This document shows positions 16,616 through 28,001 of a stretch of DNA of 64,000 nucleotides, in pieces; the stretch's first letter is position 1; each line of letters starts with the position of its first letter. The stretch spans positions 40,796,001 through 40,860,000 of the forward strand of contig NC_088854.1 of the NCBI RefSeq assembly GCF_963853765.1, written 5' to 3'. A model generated the notes under the pieces. The model saw only the letters and a list, made by a program, of their open reading frames with translations. It did no database searches and was not told where the DNA came from. The translations under genes were made by a program, and so were the position numbers. The DNA comes from Magallana gigas. Lineage: Eukaryota.

Positions 16616-19600
16616 GTTTCTTGGTTTAAAAATGATTTTTTTACTATTAAATACAGTGTATTAAGTAAATAAGAACTCCATACATTTTAGCTTTAAAAAT
16701 TTAATATTTTCCTGTATCTTTAAACAGGGCTCGGATCTTAATCTTCTCAAGGATAAGTATCATTTTCAAATGGTCACCACCATCTCTTCATAAGATATGG
16801 AAGTTTGGATGTATTCGTAATTTATTACAAGCCCCCAAAAAATTAATATATCCAAGTTATTTTACAAAGATTCCACTAAATTAACATTACAATATACTAT
16901 TTATCCATTCATTAAAATGAAATTTCTCCATCAAATTAAAAACCTATTATTTCTTTCATGCAATGCCATGATGAGAGGAGAATAGTGAGAAATAATAAAT
17001 GTAAGTCAAAGGTTATGTAAACTGTTGACTAGAAAGAAATTAAATGTCAAAATGATTTGAAAGTCTGCATGATCTCAATGTGTAAATTGTTATTTATCAT
17101 GTTTATGTGACAGTTAAATTGTAGTACATATGAACTCTGTAAATTGAGTAGAAAATATTTATGAATATCATTTATGTAACAAGTACCTTTATATCCTGTG
17201 TAAAAAATATTGAATTTTTTTTTACATTCGACAACAAACTCATAACTATAATTTTACAATTTTAAAAAAAGCTATTTGTACCAAACACTTAATATTACCA
17301 AAAATTCTGGAAAAAAAAATTCATTATCCACATAACATTCAAGAAAGCATTCAACTAAATTTTAAATCTTCAAAAATGAAGCAAAGTTTAACCAGTCATT
17401 TAAGAATATATTATTCATCCATTCATCAAAATGAAATTTCTCCATCAATTAAAAACCTCTTATTTTCTTTCATGCAATGCCATGATGAGAGGAGAATAGT
17501 GAGAAATAATAAATGTAAGTCAAAGGTTATGTAAACTGTTGACTAGAAAGAAATTAAATGTCAAAATGATTTGAAAGTCTGCATGATCTCAATGTGTGAA
17601 TTGTTATTTATTTATCATGCTTATGTGACAGTTAAATTGTAGGACATATGTACTCTGTAAATTGAGTAGGAAATGTTTATGAATATCATTTATTCAAGTA
17701 TCTTGATACCCTGTGTAAGAAATACCAGGTATTTTATTTTTTTTTTACATTCGACAACAGCTGACTCAGTGCTATTATTTTACTGATTACAAAAAAAAAG
17801 CTATTTGTACCATACACTTATTACCAAAAATTCTGGGGAAAAAATTCATTATCCACATTATATCTAAGAAAGCTTTCCACTAAATTTTTAAATCTTAAAA
17901 AATCAAGCAAAGTTAAAACAGTCATTTGAGCTATGTATCAAACTGACCTGAATATTATATTGGATGCTGCAGACAAGTTTTTGCCCCAGTATTGAGTCTC
18001 TATCCAGTTAATATCTGGTTTCACCTTCCAATTTTTAAGACAACCATTTGTGTATTCCTTGAAGTCCCATGCAGATTTCTCAAACATATCTGATTTTCCG
18101 TTCGAACAACTTGGAGCAACCATTTCTGTGCAAGACTGTGGATAACATTATTGGAGATACAATTATATGAATTCTCTAGGAATATACTATGAATTGAATA
18201 TAAGAATGTTGGAGGGAGGTCCAAACAATTCAACTAAATTTAAAATTGATCTCATATAAAATATCTCCCAACAGACTTATCTGATAAGAGCACTATATAT
18301 AAGAAGGGCAATAACTCTTATCTGTGTGCTTTTACAAATGTACCCTTTAAACACTTTTTTTTTTAAAAACCAAATGCATCAAAACATTTCATATTCTAAA
18401 CATGCATAAACATTAACATGAACCTACCTGATCAATCTACTGTAACTAAAAGCCTATCATTTACACATGTAGCAATGGTGAGTAAGTGGATTAACAATTA
18501 GGTACCTGATAGTCCCATCCAGAGATTCCAAGGTTCGGTATGTCTCCACTCCCAATGTCAAAGCAAGAGGTGGATCCGGTATAGTTATAGAAGACATTCA
18601 TAGCCTTGGCTGTCCCAATGATCAAGTTGTCTCCATTTAAAGGAGTTGATATTGGACGACAAGTTTCCTAAGTTCAAAAACATCATGGTGTTGCTTTAGT
18701 AGTTGGCATTAAAAATGAGCCATTAAAGATTTATAGAACTCTGTATGTGTTAAAAACAACTACACTTGAAAGAGGCCAAAATATGCATTACCCGGTATTT
18801 TTTTTTTGGTGGAAAACATACAACAGAGAAAAGTATAATTTTTTTTAAATTGTTAAAAAAATTTAAACAGATGCTTAGGTATAGATGCACTGGATATAGA
18901 GATAAAAGGTTTAATGTTACTGAAATGTTTAGTAAGTATAAGAGGAGAACACACCTTTACAGGCCAAGCTGGTAGTGGAGCCAGGAACTTGGAGGGGTAA
19001 GGATAATCCACCATAGCCAGATAGACAAGGGCAGACACTATCCAGTTCTTTAGTGTAGTCACATCATCAGCACTCTTCAAGGGCTTACACAGATGGAATA
19101 TTTCTGACAGTTTGGAAAGTCCACTAGCTGTTTGTACAATGTTTTGAAAAATAAACTCCATGATCTTGAAACAATGTACAATATAATGATAGTATAATGA
19201 TGTTTCACATTCAAGTACAGTTTAACCTGTTAACCAGGAAGTCTTGGTCACATCAATATTCAGTTTCCTTTAACACCAATTCTTTAAATCTCTTTAAGAA
19301 ATGAAGGATTGTGAAAATACTTAAATTTATCATAATTAGAATTTCCCTGTATCTAAGTTTTCTTTATGAATATTTTACTGTATAATAATTACTGTGTAAG
19401 TAAGCATACCCTGAGAGGCTGTGGTATTAAGAGTCTTCCACAGAGCCTTGATGTTATCCACACAGGCAGAGGAGGATTTCCGGAAGGTCCCAGTTACAGT
19501 GCGGTCAAAAGCGTCACAATCTGCATCTTTCCGGAATGTCCAAATAGGTGCTGAGGCAGCCAAAGATCTAAAGTGACAACAGTGTAGATAGGAAATTCAG

Positions 19601-22600
19601 TCAAATATTTCTTGCATAAAATACTGTAAATTCCCTGTATTACTCAATACTTAATTTTCAATCCCGCTGTTTTGCACCAAATAACGAGAATATAAAATCG
19701 TGAACGCAGAACGTTTTTCTTTATTTTTTATTGTTCTCAACTCTCAAAAAATAATGGCAAGATTTTAAAATCTGCGGAGAGTGCTTCTTTTACAATTTTT
19801 TTATTTAGAAGAATGAGCTAAACAAGATCTTTTTTCCCTAAATCTGTGCCACTTTATGTAGTACCAGTAATAACCAGAAAATTAACTTATTTAATCAATT
19901 AAAGTATGCTTGCTTTGATGATTTCAGTTTTTTTCTTTACCCTTGCACAACATTTGGATATTTCATACGGAACCATGCAGCCAGCATTCCTCCATAGGAA
20001 CCTCCAAATGCAATGACTTTGCTTTGACTGGAGCCTGGGATGGAAGACTTGATGTGTTTGATCAGTACGGCATAGTCCGCCAGGGCCTGTTCAGAGGTCA
20101 GGAAGTTCATCTTTTTGGGGTCCTATGTAAATAAAAATACAGTAAAACACGTTTATAACGAAGTGCCAAGGACAGGCGATTAATCATTTTACTTTGTTAT
20201 AAGCATGTTTTGTTATATGCGACAAGTTTACAACATATAGTAAAGTCATGGGATATGAAAATCACTTCGCTGTAAGCATCAATTCATTATAAGAGTGCCT
20301 ATTATAACTGTGTTTTACTGTACAGAATGAGAAATACTGCAGAAACATTTTTAAAGAGGGCTTCAGGTTGTCATTATCTATAAGTGTTAGACTGGCCAAC
20401 AGTGAATTATTTTTGTGACCCAGCATACTTTAATATGTAGATAATCTCATACATGAGAAGAGACATTAAAAGACTTTTTCATGTTGAGAAATACTAGTAG
20501 TTTCAAAGAAGAGGTTGTTATGATCCTCCAACATTTCTCTCAGGGAGACTCACACACAGAAAAAGGCTTGTTTACAGCATAAGACTTCTTCACCTTGAAT
20601 GCAGTTTGTCCATATGGAATTGATGTACCATAGTATCTGTGTTCAGCAAAAATCAACATGGCTTTGAATTCTGGTGCAATATCCCACATGAACCCCTGAA
20701 AAGACAAGAGATGTTTGTGAAACATTTATGCCCCCCTCCCTTGGAAACATCCACAAAGAAAATGAACGTAAACTGCAAATAACTGGTATTTTTCTAAGTT
20801 CAAGGGCCATAACTCTGCCAATAATTGCTCTATCATACCCAAAATCAAACTTGACCTTATCCCAGATATTATTTAGATAAATCTGTATATCAAATTTCAT
20901 ATCCATATGTGCACCCTCTGCGAAGAAAATGAGCAGAAACTGCAAATAACTAGAATTTTTCTAGGTCCAAGGGCCATAACTCTGTCGAAAATTGCTCGAT
21001 CATACCCAATATCGAACTTGACCTAAATATTATCATGATAAACCTGTACACCAAATTTCATTTCAATATGTTCATCCTCTGCAAAGAAAATGAGCGGAAA
21101 CTGCAAATAACTAGAATTTTTCTACGTCCAAGGGCCATAACTCTGTCGAAAATTGCTTGATCATACCCAATATCAAACTTGACCTAGATATTATCATGAT
21201 AAACCTGTATACCAAATTTCATTTCAATATGTTCATCCTCTGCAAAGAAAATAAGCGGAAACTGCAAAAAAACTAGAATTTTTCTACGTCCAAGGGCCAT
21301 AACTCTGTCGAAAATTGCTTGATCATACCCAATATTGAACATGACCTAGATATTATCATGATAAACCTGTATACCAAATTTCATTTCAATATGTTCATCC
21401 TCTGCAAAGAAAATAAGCGGAAACTGCAAAAAACTAGAATTTTTCTACGTCCAAGGGCCATAACTCTGTCGAAAATTGCTTGATCGTACCCAATATCGAA
21501 CTTGACCTAGATATTATCATGATTAACCTATATACCAAATTTCATTTCAATATGTTCATCCTCTGCGAAGAAAATGAACGGAAACTGTTGGTGGACCGAC
21601 CGACCGACCGACAAACAGCAGCAAAGCAATATGCCCTTCCTTCTTCGAAGGGGGGCATAAAAATTGTTACAGCACAATCTATATGAGATCATCCATCAAG
21701 TTCAATAGGATGCTATTTCTAAATGCAGTTGTAAATTACTAGTATATTAAACAAAATTACAGGTATATTTTTTTCTCTACATACCACAAAAAATGTTATT
21801 AATTCTTTTAATACACATATGAGACAGAGTTTTGTTACCGTGTTATTACAGAACAGCGTAATGTCGCCCTCATTGCCAGTGTACAAGAAAATGGGTCCTC
21901 CATTTGGGTCCCAGTACTGGTCTGCTATAAGATACCTCTGCTGGTAAGTGTCTTGGTTGACAAAACCAAAATGGTCTATCTACAAGATGTTTTTTTTCTT
22001 TTTTAATATTATCAGTATTCATGCTTACCAATATACATGGGTTTTTTTCATGAATATAAAGAAATCATTAGTGGAGCATGTATAATAATGGAATATACTA
22101 TTATCCATGTACTAAAAGAAAAATAATTGATTTCTTTTTTAAAAAATGGTCTGTGAAGTCCAGTATAAAATATTGGTTGTATCAACAGTGCAAGAAAGAT
22201 CAGTTGAAAGAAAATCTGAAAAATTCAGGGTCAAGTTCCAATCCAGATCTGGTCTCTCATTATTTCTTTCACCAAGTTAAATTAATGCTGTGACCAACCC
22301 CTGGAACAGATATATTAACTCCTCAGACCTGCCAGGGGAGAGAATCTGAGATGTTGATCTTTAAGGTACATGTATCACACCGGTAATCAACCAATCAAAA
22401 TGAACTAAATAATGAACTTATAATAGTCAATTGTAGTTCCATATATACTTCAGAATTATTTTTTCCTTGACTGCATTTTTACATTTTCCTTTACTCAGTT
22501 TTAAAAATTTTTGTACCACTAAGTAACATATTTCATGTATTCAGGGTTGTCTCTAAAAATTGAAGTAGAAGGGAGAAATAAAAAAGTAGAAGGGGATCTA

Positions 22601-23717
22601 GGGGTCTAGCTTATAGCTAGATTGTGTTTGAAATGCAATAATAGCCGGGTAATTACGTCACTTTAGGCGGGGAAATTCCCCGCCTCCCGGGTCTTAGAGA
22701 CAACCCTGTGTATTTTGTTAGGTGATGATCTTTTTTCACAGAGACTACTTCTTTCAGGGCACATGCAGCAGCTTTCTGGGGAGTGTGCAGTCTGTTTACA
22801 TACAAATGGAAAACACATGGTTTTGAGGGTAGATGTACCTGTTCGGAGCTAGATATTTTGAGAAAATGCCTTATCACTTGCCCTTTTTATGGTGTTAGCT
22901 GATGAGATAGGTAACAAATAATATTTTCTCCGAATATTTTGTCATGAAAAAAAAACAAACTGATTTTTAAGAATTTTTTCCCCTCTATAGTGCTATATAG
23001 TGAAAACAATTACCAGTGTGATACCTTAAGGGTGAAGGTCACTTGTGAAAGAGAAATAGTTTGATTGTCAGCTGCAGATAGCTCAGTTGAAAGAGCTAGA
23101 GAACTAGAGATTAGGGCCAAGATTTGAATCCTAGTTTGATCAATCATTACTTTTACCATCTCAGTACAAATCAGTTACCTACATGTATGCTTTTTACCAC
23201 ATTCATATATTGATTTCCAAATAAAATAAGTGCCAAAAAAATAAAATAAAATTTTTTACAAGAAGCACTGGTGTCTAGCTCAAAATACTTACGAGCTGAA
23301 TAGACTAAAGCATTAGAGTAGAAAAATCAGGAATCCAGTAACACAAATTAATTTTACACAAATGTTAGTTTGTATTTTCTCTACGCCATGTGTCCAGCAT
23401 CAGACCTGCAGGCACATAGAGCGAGATAGCAGTGCTTGAAATAATTTTTGTGTGACACGAAATACACAAAATACAGCTATTTGAAGCGTTAAAATGTTTT
23501 GTAGTTACAGTTACCATGCAAAATCTTATAGAAACGCCCCTCTTGATCAACTCACCTTTTGTGTTAAATATTCTGTTTTGTAATTGTAATCCGATGTGGA
23601 AAACTTAGATACTTCTCTATTCTTTTGAATTTTCTTTGATTTAAGAAGAACAGAGCTTGTAAAACAAACAAAGAAAAGTAGAACAACAACTGTGCAAATT
23701 TTCATGTGTGCCGCCAT
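16220..23717 (-). CDS. PRCP: Lysosomal Pro-X carboxypeptidase (prolylcarboxypeptidase, peptidase S28), 486 aa, 9 exons
   Basis: Exons 23717-23556, 21979-21839, 20695-20594, 20122-19941, 19567-19410, 19127-18955, 18667-18506, 18135-17948 and 16412-16220 total 1461 nt, in frame. The product has a signal peptide, [21 protein letters not shown], catalytic GGSYGG, NGLLDPW and GAHHLDLR motifs. Confidence 0.97.
16550..16613. repeat. (CT)n microsatellite in PRCP last intron
   Basis: Direct reading. Confidence 0.98.
16901..17930. repeat. Tandem duplication of about 515 bp (two copies) in PRCP intron 8
   Basis: ttatccattcattaaaatgaaatttctccatc...aaagtttaaccagtcattt at about 16901-17410 recurs with scattered changes at about 17415-17930. 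Confidence 0.9.
20138..20322. mobile_element. Tc1/mariner-type MITE (TA TSD, CAGT termini)
   Basis: TA-CAGTAAAACAC...GTGTTTTACTG-TA, about 180 bp, no coding capacity. Confidence 0.75.
20702..21663 (+). mobile_element. Helentron-associated non-autonomous element (HINE) carrying about 5 tandem satellite-like monomers of 161-167 bp
   Basis: 5' ACAAGAG...ATGCCCCC sub-terminal motif; tandem units starting near 20771, 20938, 21099, 21261 and 21422 (AACTGCAAA...CAAGGGCCATAACTCT...); (GACC)n microsatellite at 21594-21611; 3' hairpin ATGCCCTTCCTTCTTCGAAGGGGGGCAT at 21631-21658 followed by an A run. This matches the known HINE architecture. Confidence 0.88.
22542..22708. mobile_element. Short MITE with 15-bp TIR CAGGGTTGTCTCTAA
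   Basis: TIRs at 22542-22556 and 22694-22708; TGTATT is present directly on both flanks. Confidence 0.7.
23071..23168 (+). mobile_element. Degenerate tRNA-derived SINE in PRCP intron 1
   Basis: A-box-like GATAGCTCAGTTGAAAGAGC and B-box-like GATTTGAATCC with a non-tRNA tail; no intact cloverleaf. Confidence 0.55.
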
Positions 23718-23986
23718 GATCAAGTCATGTGAGATCTATAAATAAAAACAGAAATGTATCACAAGGAAAATATTTTTCCGAATTTAAGTTTTATTGCTCT
23801 CTACAAGTTCATATATTTACGTCAAGAAATTTTTTATATAATATTCTTTCATTGTTATTAAAACAAAATTTCATTACTGAAGATAGAATTTAAAATTGAA
23901 AAACACAAAGAAGACCGGAACCGTTTGGTCTGATTTTTAGGTAACCTTTGCTGACGAGCACTTCCGCTTTCAATCTCTCCTCGAAA
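23718..23986. promoter_or_regulatory. Bidirectional promoter between PRCP and SPCS3
   Basis: The divergent ATGs are 269 bp apart. TCATGTGA lies at 23725-23732 next to the PRCP start and ETS CACTTCCG at 23959-23966 next to the SPCS3 start. The PRCP start context ATGGCGG resembles a YY1 site. Confidence 0.6.
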
Positions 23987-26900
23987 ATGAACACATTTCT
24001 TTCCAGATTGAATACAATTTTTGCCTTCACGCTTAGCGTGATGGCAGCTTTGACGTTTTGCTGTTTTCTTACAACGGCATTTAATTCACACAAAACCTCA
24101 GTTTATCTTGGTACAGGGAAGGCAATTGTGTAAGTATGGTAAATTTGTTGAAGTACCGGCATATGTCTGTATCGATGTATGTTTCCTTGTCTGTCGAACT
24201 GTTCCACACACAATTTACTGTGTCCTTTTAACATTTTGACATCATTATTTTACATTGCAATTTCGAATGTTTAAGTATAGAATTTAAAACTCTTTAAGAG
24301 CCAACAACAGGTCCAGCACAATCTCCTGATTTAGCTATATAGCTTGATAAAGCTATTTATTTGCAGTTTTTCACAAAAATGTTAATTATCAGAAATGTAC
24401 AAAAAAATCACAAGAATTATTGCTCATATTTATACCGTGATCCATTAAAAAAGCAACCCTAATTAAAATTAGTTTCAACACTGCTGCTTTTGAATACTTT
24501 TAAGCAAAAAATATAAATCAATTATCTTGTTTACTGTAACTGATCTTCTTTATATTTCATTCAAGAAGTAACTGTGAGGTCATAAATCAATTGCCCCAAA
24601 GGTTTAAAAACTTTAAGTGCAAAGTCTCTGACAGAGACACAAATTGAAGAGTAATCTTTGCGTGCATTGTTTAAAGAACAGTTCAAAGTTGAAAACTATC
24701 ACTTCACTAAAGTGATAGAAAAAAAAATACAAATTTAAGAAAAATGATTGACAAAATAGCTAAATCAAGCTATTCTAAATAGCTTTATTAAACTATATAG
24801 CTTTTTCAAGCTATATAGCTAAATCAGGAGATTGTGCTGGACCTGACCAACCAGGCACGCATTATACTAACTGACGTCTAGAGCTGCTTCCATGGGTCAA
24901 CTGATGTTACAATTTGATGAACTAATTCATACCAATCATATACAGGCATAACTTATCAAATTGATAAGATTTGTGAGTTCATTAGGAGCTTTTTGCAATC
25001 AATATGTGCCGGGGTGAGGTAATTAATTATGATAAGGGTAACAAGAAGTGCATTTCAACTCCCCACGCATTCTTTGAATCATCACATACCGGTAGTTTTG
25101 ATATGGCATTATATATACTTTTTGAAAATAATGATGGTAATGAATTGTAAAAAATGCTGGTTTTTAATTTTTAAGGTGCAATCGTGAAGTACGTTTTTCT
25201 TTAATTGAATTTTTGCCTGCATACCATTCTACCATGTACAAAAAGTGCTTTATAGTATCTGCAAGCGAATGATTAATTATTCAAAAGACATTTAATATAA
25301 ATCAAAATTTTTAAATAAGGACCTTAATACTGCAATTGAATCTGATGAATTTAAGTTGTTGGTATTCAAGGAAGTTCACAATAAGTATAGATATTTGTGT
25401 ATTTAACTTTTGATTAATAAAGTATTCATAAATTTGTTTTATTTTGCAGAAAAAATGTTCCAGACTACAGTGCAAACAGAGAAAAAAGTGACTTAGGCTT
25501 CATTGTGTTTGATATGACTGCGGGTATCCTTTTGTAATATGTATAAAATTTGCATAATTTAAGATATGATTTTCATTGATATATGTTGTGTAAATCTGTA
25601 GATATTTGTGTCTCTTTACATTTAATATATACATTTATCTATAAATTGCTTGACTCTTCCATATATCTTTAAATTGATATGTGTGTACAGAACAGACTTA
25701 ATCATATAATCCCAAGATTACTACTATAGAAAAAATCCAAGTATCGCATATGACATGCCATTTGATAAATTGCTGAAAAATGTTATTAATTATAGATCAA
25801 TAGTCAGAAACTCATGCTCAAAATTGTCTATACATGTATATTGAATGGTTCACTGGTTAGAGCTGCTACATTTGGTTTTTAAGATATTTTATTATATTTG
25901 TCTCAATGATATATACTCAATGCTCTGATATCGTAATACAATAAAGCACCAAATATCTTGCCTTCATATTTATGTACCATATTCTCACATAGATCAGGCC
26001 AAAAAGTGCTTTGTTCAGTAAGGATCCTTAATTAATTCCAGATTTAACTAAAATATTTAACTGGAATGTTAAACAACTATTTTTATACCTGACTGCAGAG
26101 TATGAAACAAAAGATCATGTAAGTATAGAAATTTTTCTCTTTTATAATCATAATAATACATGTAAGAAGCAGTGGTATTCAACCATTTCATATATTTTGT
26201 TTGTGAGCAAAGTACATGTATTGCATTGTATTGTTTAACAAATTGCATTGTTAAGTCTAAAAATACATACTTGATTAGCTTATCTTTTATCAATATTTTT
26301 CTTTTTATTTAAAATCCAGACCCTTCAATGATTATATATCAGTATCATTTTTATGAACTTTATTAAAATATCAGTAAGTCCTTTAATGAGTACATTTACA
26401 TGTATTGGTTTTTTCTTAATTTTAGCAACTGAACCAAGTGGTAATTTGGGACAAAATCATCAGAAGGGGAGAGAATGCCATGTTGGATTACCGAAGCATC
26501 AACACAAAATACTATTTCTGGGACTATGGAAATGGATTAAAGTAAGTTGAGAAGGTCGAAAAATAGGTCACCAAATACCGGTATAAAGGATCAAGGGAAC
26601 TTCTCAAAATTTGTTTGGTGTCAGTGTTGTCATCAGCATTATTAATTAACTTTTATCATTTTCATCTTCTTCTCAAAAACCACTATGCAAAATTTATCCT
26701 TTTCAGTATTTAAGTTTTTACAAATAATAATAAGGGTCAGACAAGGAATCTATAAGAGGAAAAGGTCAAAATTTATCAATGAATTTTGTTTTAAAAAAAT
26801 GTTCTAAGGAACAAGGAGGATACAACTTAATATATTCAAGATGCAGCAAGCTAATACATAAAGATAAAATATTCAAGCCTGTTTGTACCATGACCCTAAG

Positions 26901-28001
26901 ACGGTTTTTGTTAGGGGGTGGGTAGGGGAATGGATAACCATTTTAGGCGAAAACATTCTTCATGTAAAAAAAAAAAAAAAGGAGATTATAAGTTTTAAAA
27001 ATACAACATTTTGAAATAATTTTTTGTTAAGATAAGTCGTATGAAAATCCCATGAGGGTCACGGAGGCCACATTTTATGGGAGTATTTTGGGGGGGGGGG
27101 GGGGGGGGAGAAGAGTTATTGTACTAGATTGTATTAGATACCAGTATACATGTAGTTAAGCTAGTTACATACTTCAAATATTTTTACAAAGAAGAGTCGT
27201 ATGGTCCATTGGCATTTTGCTTTTTATGGTGTCATTGCATACGATTTATGACTTCTCAGAAGATAAATATACATGTAGTTGAAGTGCTCAGGATTTATGT
27301 TTGATTTGTCCCCCTTGTGTTACCATATTGGTATTTTCTTATCATAATGTCATTTGAATGTGATAGATTATGTCGTAAGTCTCTTCTCATAAATTACATT
27401 TTGGAAATTTATAGTTTTATTCTTAGATTAAATCTTGATAAAATTAAATGATATTGAGTTCATCAATCATGTGACAATGGCATACCGGTACTTGCATTTC
27501 CTGGTACTTTCTCATATATGGTTCAACTTGTATTTACTTACACCAGTAGACACTTGGATATCACTGAATAGGTAGATTATGGTACTCAATATCAATACAT
27601 GTACAAAGAAATGATAAATATAAACTCAAAACTGCACACAGCTGTTTCAGGATCTTACATTATTAAAAATGAAACTAAGATTGATCAGCATGTCTTGGTT
27701 TAAAATACCTGGTGACGTGGGTCTGTCACTGAAATTTTTTTTCCCCTTGATTAAATGTAGACGTGCCTTGTGCAATCAGATCCAACAAAGTACATTATTT
27801 ATTGCCTCATTTATATGCTAGCACACTTTGAGTTGTCTTTCTTGATGTGAAATGTTGCATTTATTTTGTAGGGGAAACAAGAATGTGACCTTGACCTTAT
27901 CTTGGAACGTCATCCCTAACGCCGGGACTCTACCAAAAGTAATGGGAGAAGGCTCTCACAAGTTCAAGTTCCCAGACGAGTACAGTGCTAATCGATTTTA
28001 A
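23987..28001 (+). CDS. SPCS3: Signal peptidase complex subunit 3 (SPC22/23), 179 aa, 5 exons
   Basis: Exons 23987-24129, 25450-25523, 26042-26118, 26426-26541 and 27872-28001 give [30 protein letters not shown]...DLGFIVFD...[17 protein letters not shown]...[10 protein letters not shown]...[30 protein letters not shown]...FPDEY. All introns are GT-AG. Confidence 0.97.
24308..24845. mobile_element. hAT-like MITE with perfect 40-bp TIR in SPCS3 intron 1
   Basis: CAGGTCCAGCACAATCTCCTGATTTAGCTATATAGCTTGA at 24308-24347 and its exact reverse complement at 24806-24845. CAG termini; the 8-bp flanks gccaacaa/accaacca match at 6 of 8 positions. Confidence 0.75.

Noticed and set aside
16965-17080. ATGATGA (box C-like) in both copies of the intronic duplication, as a C/D snoRNA pair
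   Set aside because: No CTGA box D at a suitable distance and no terminal stem.
20771-21590. Regular repeats of about 162 bp as a CRISPR-like array
   Set aside because: The units are contiguous near-identical monomers with no unique spacers, in a eukaryotic intron, bounded by HINE termini; no cas genes are present.
27713-27720. TGACGTGG (UPR element core) in SPCS3 intron 4
   Set aside because: A single 8-mer; a rough estimate gives about 0.5 chance occurrences in a window of this size and composition, and it is far from the promoter.
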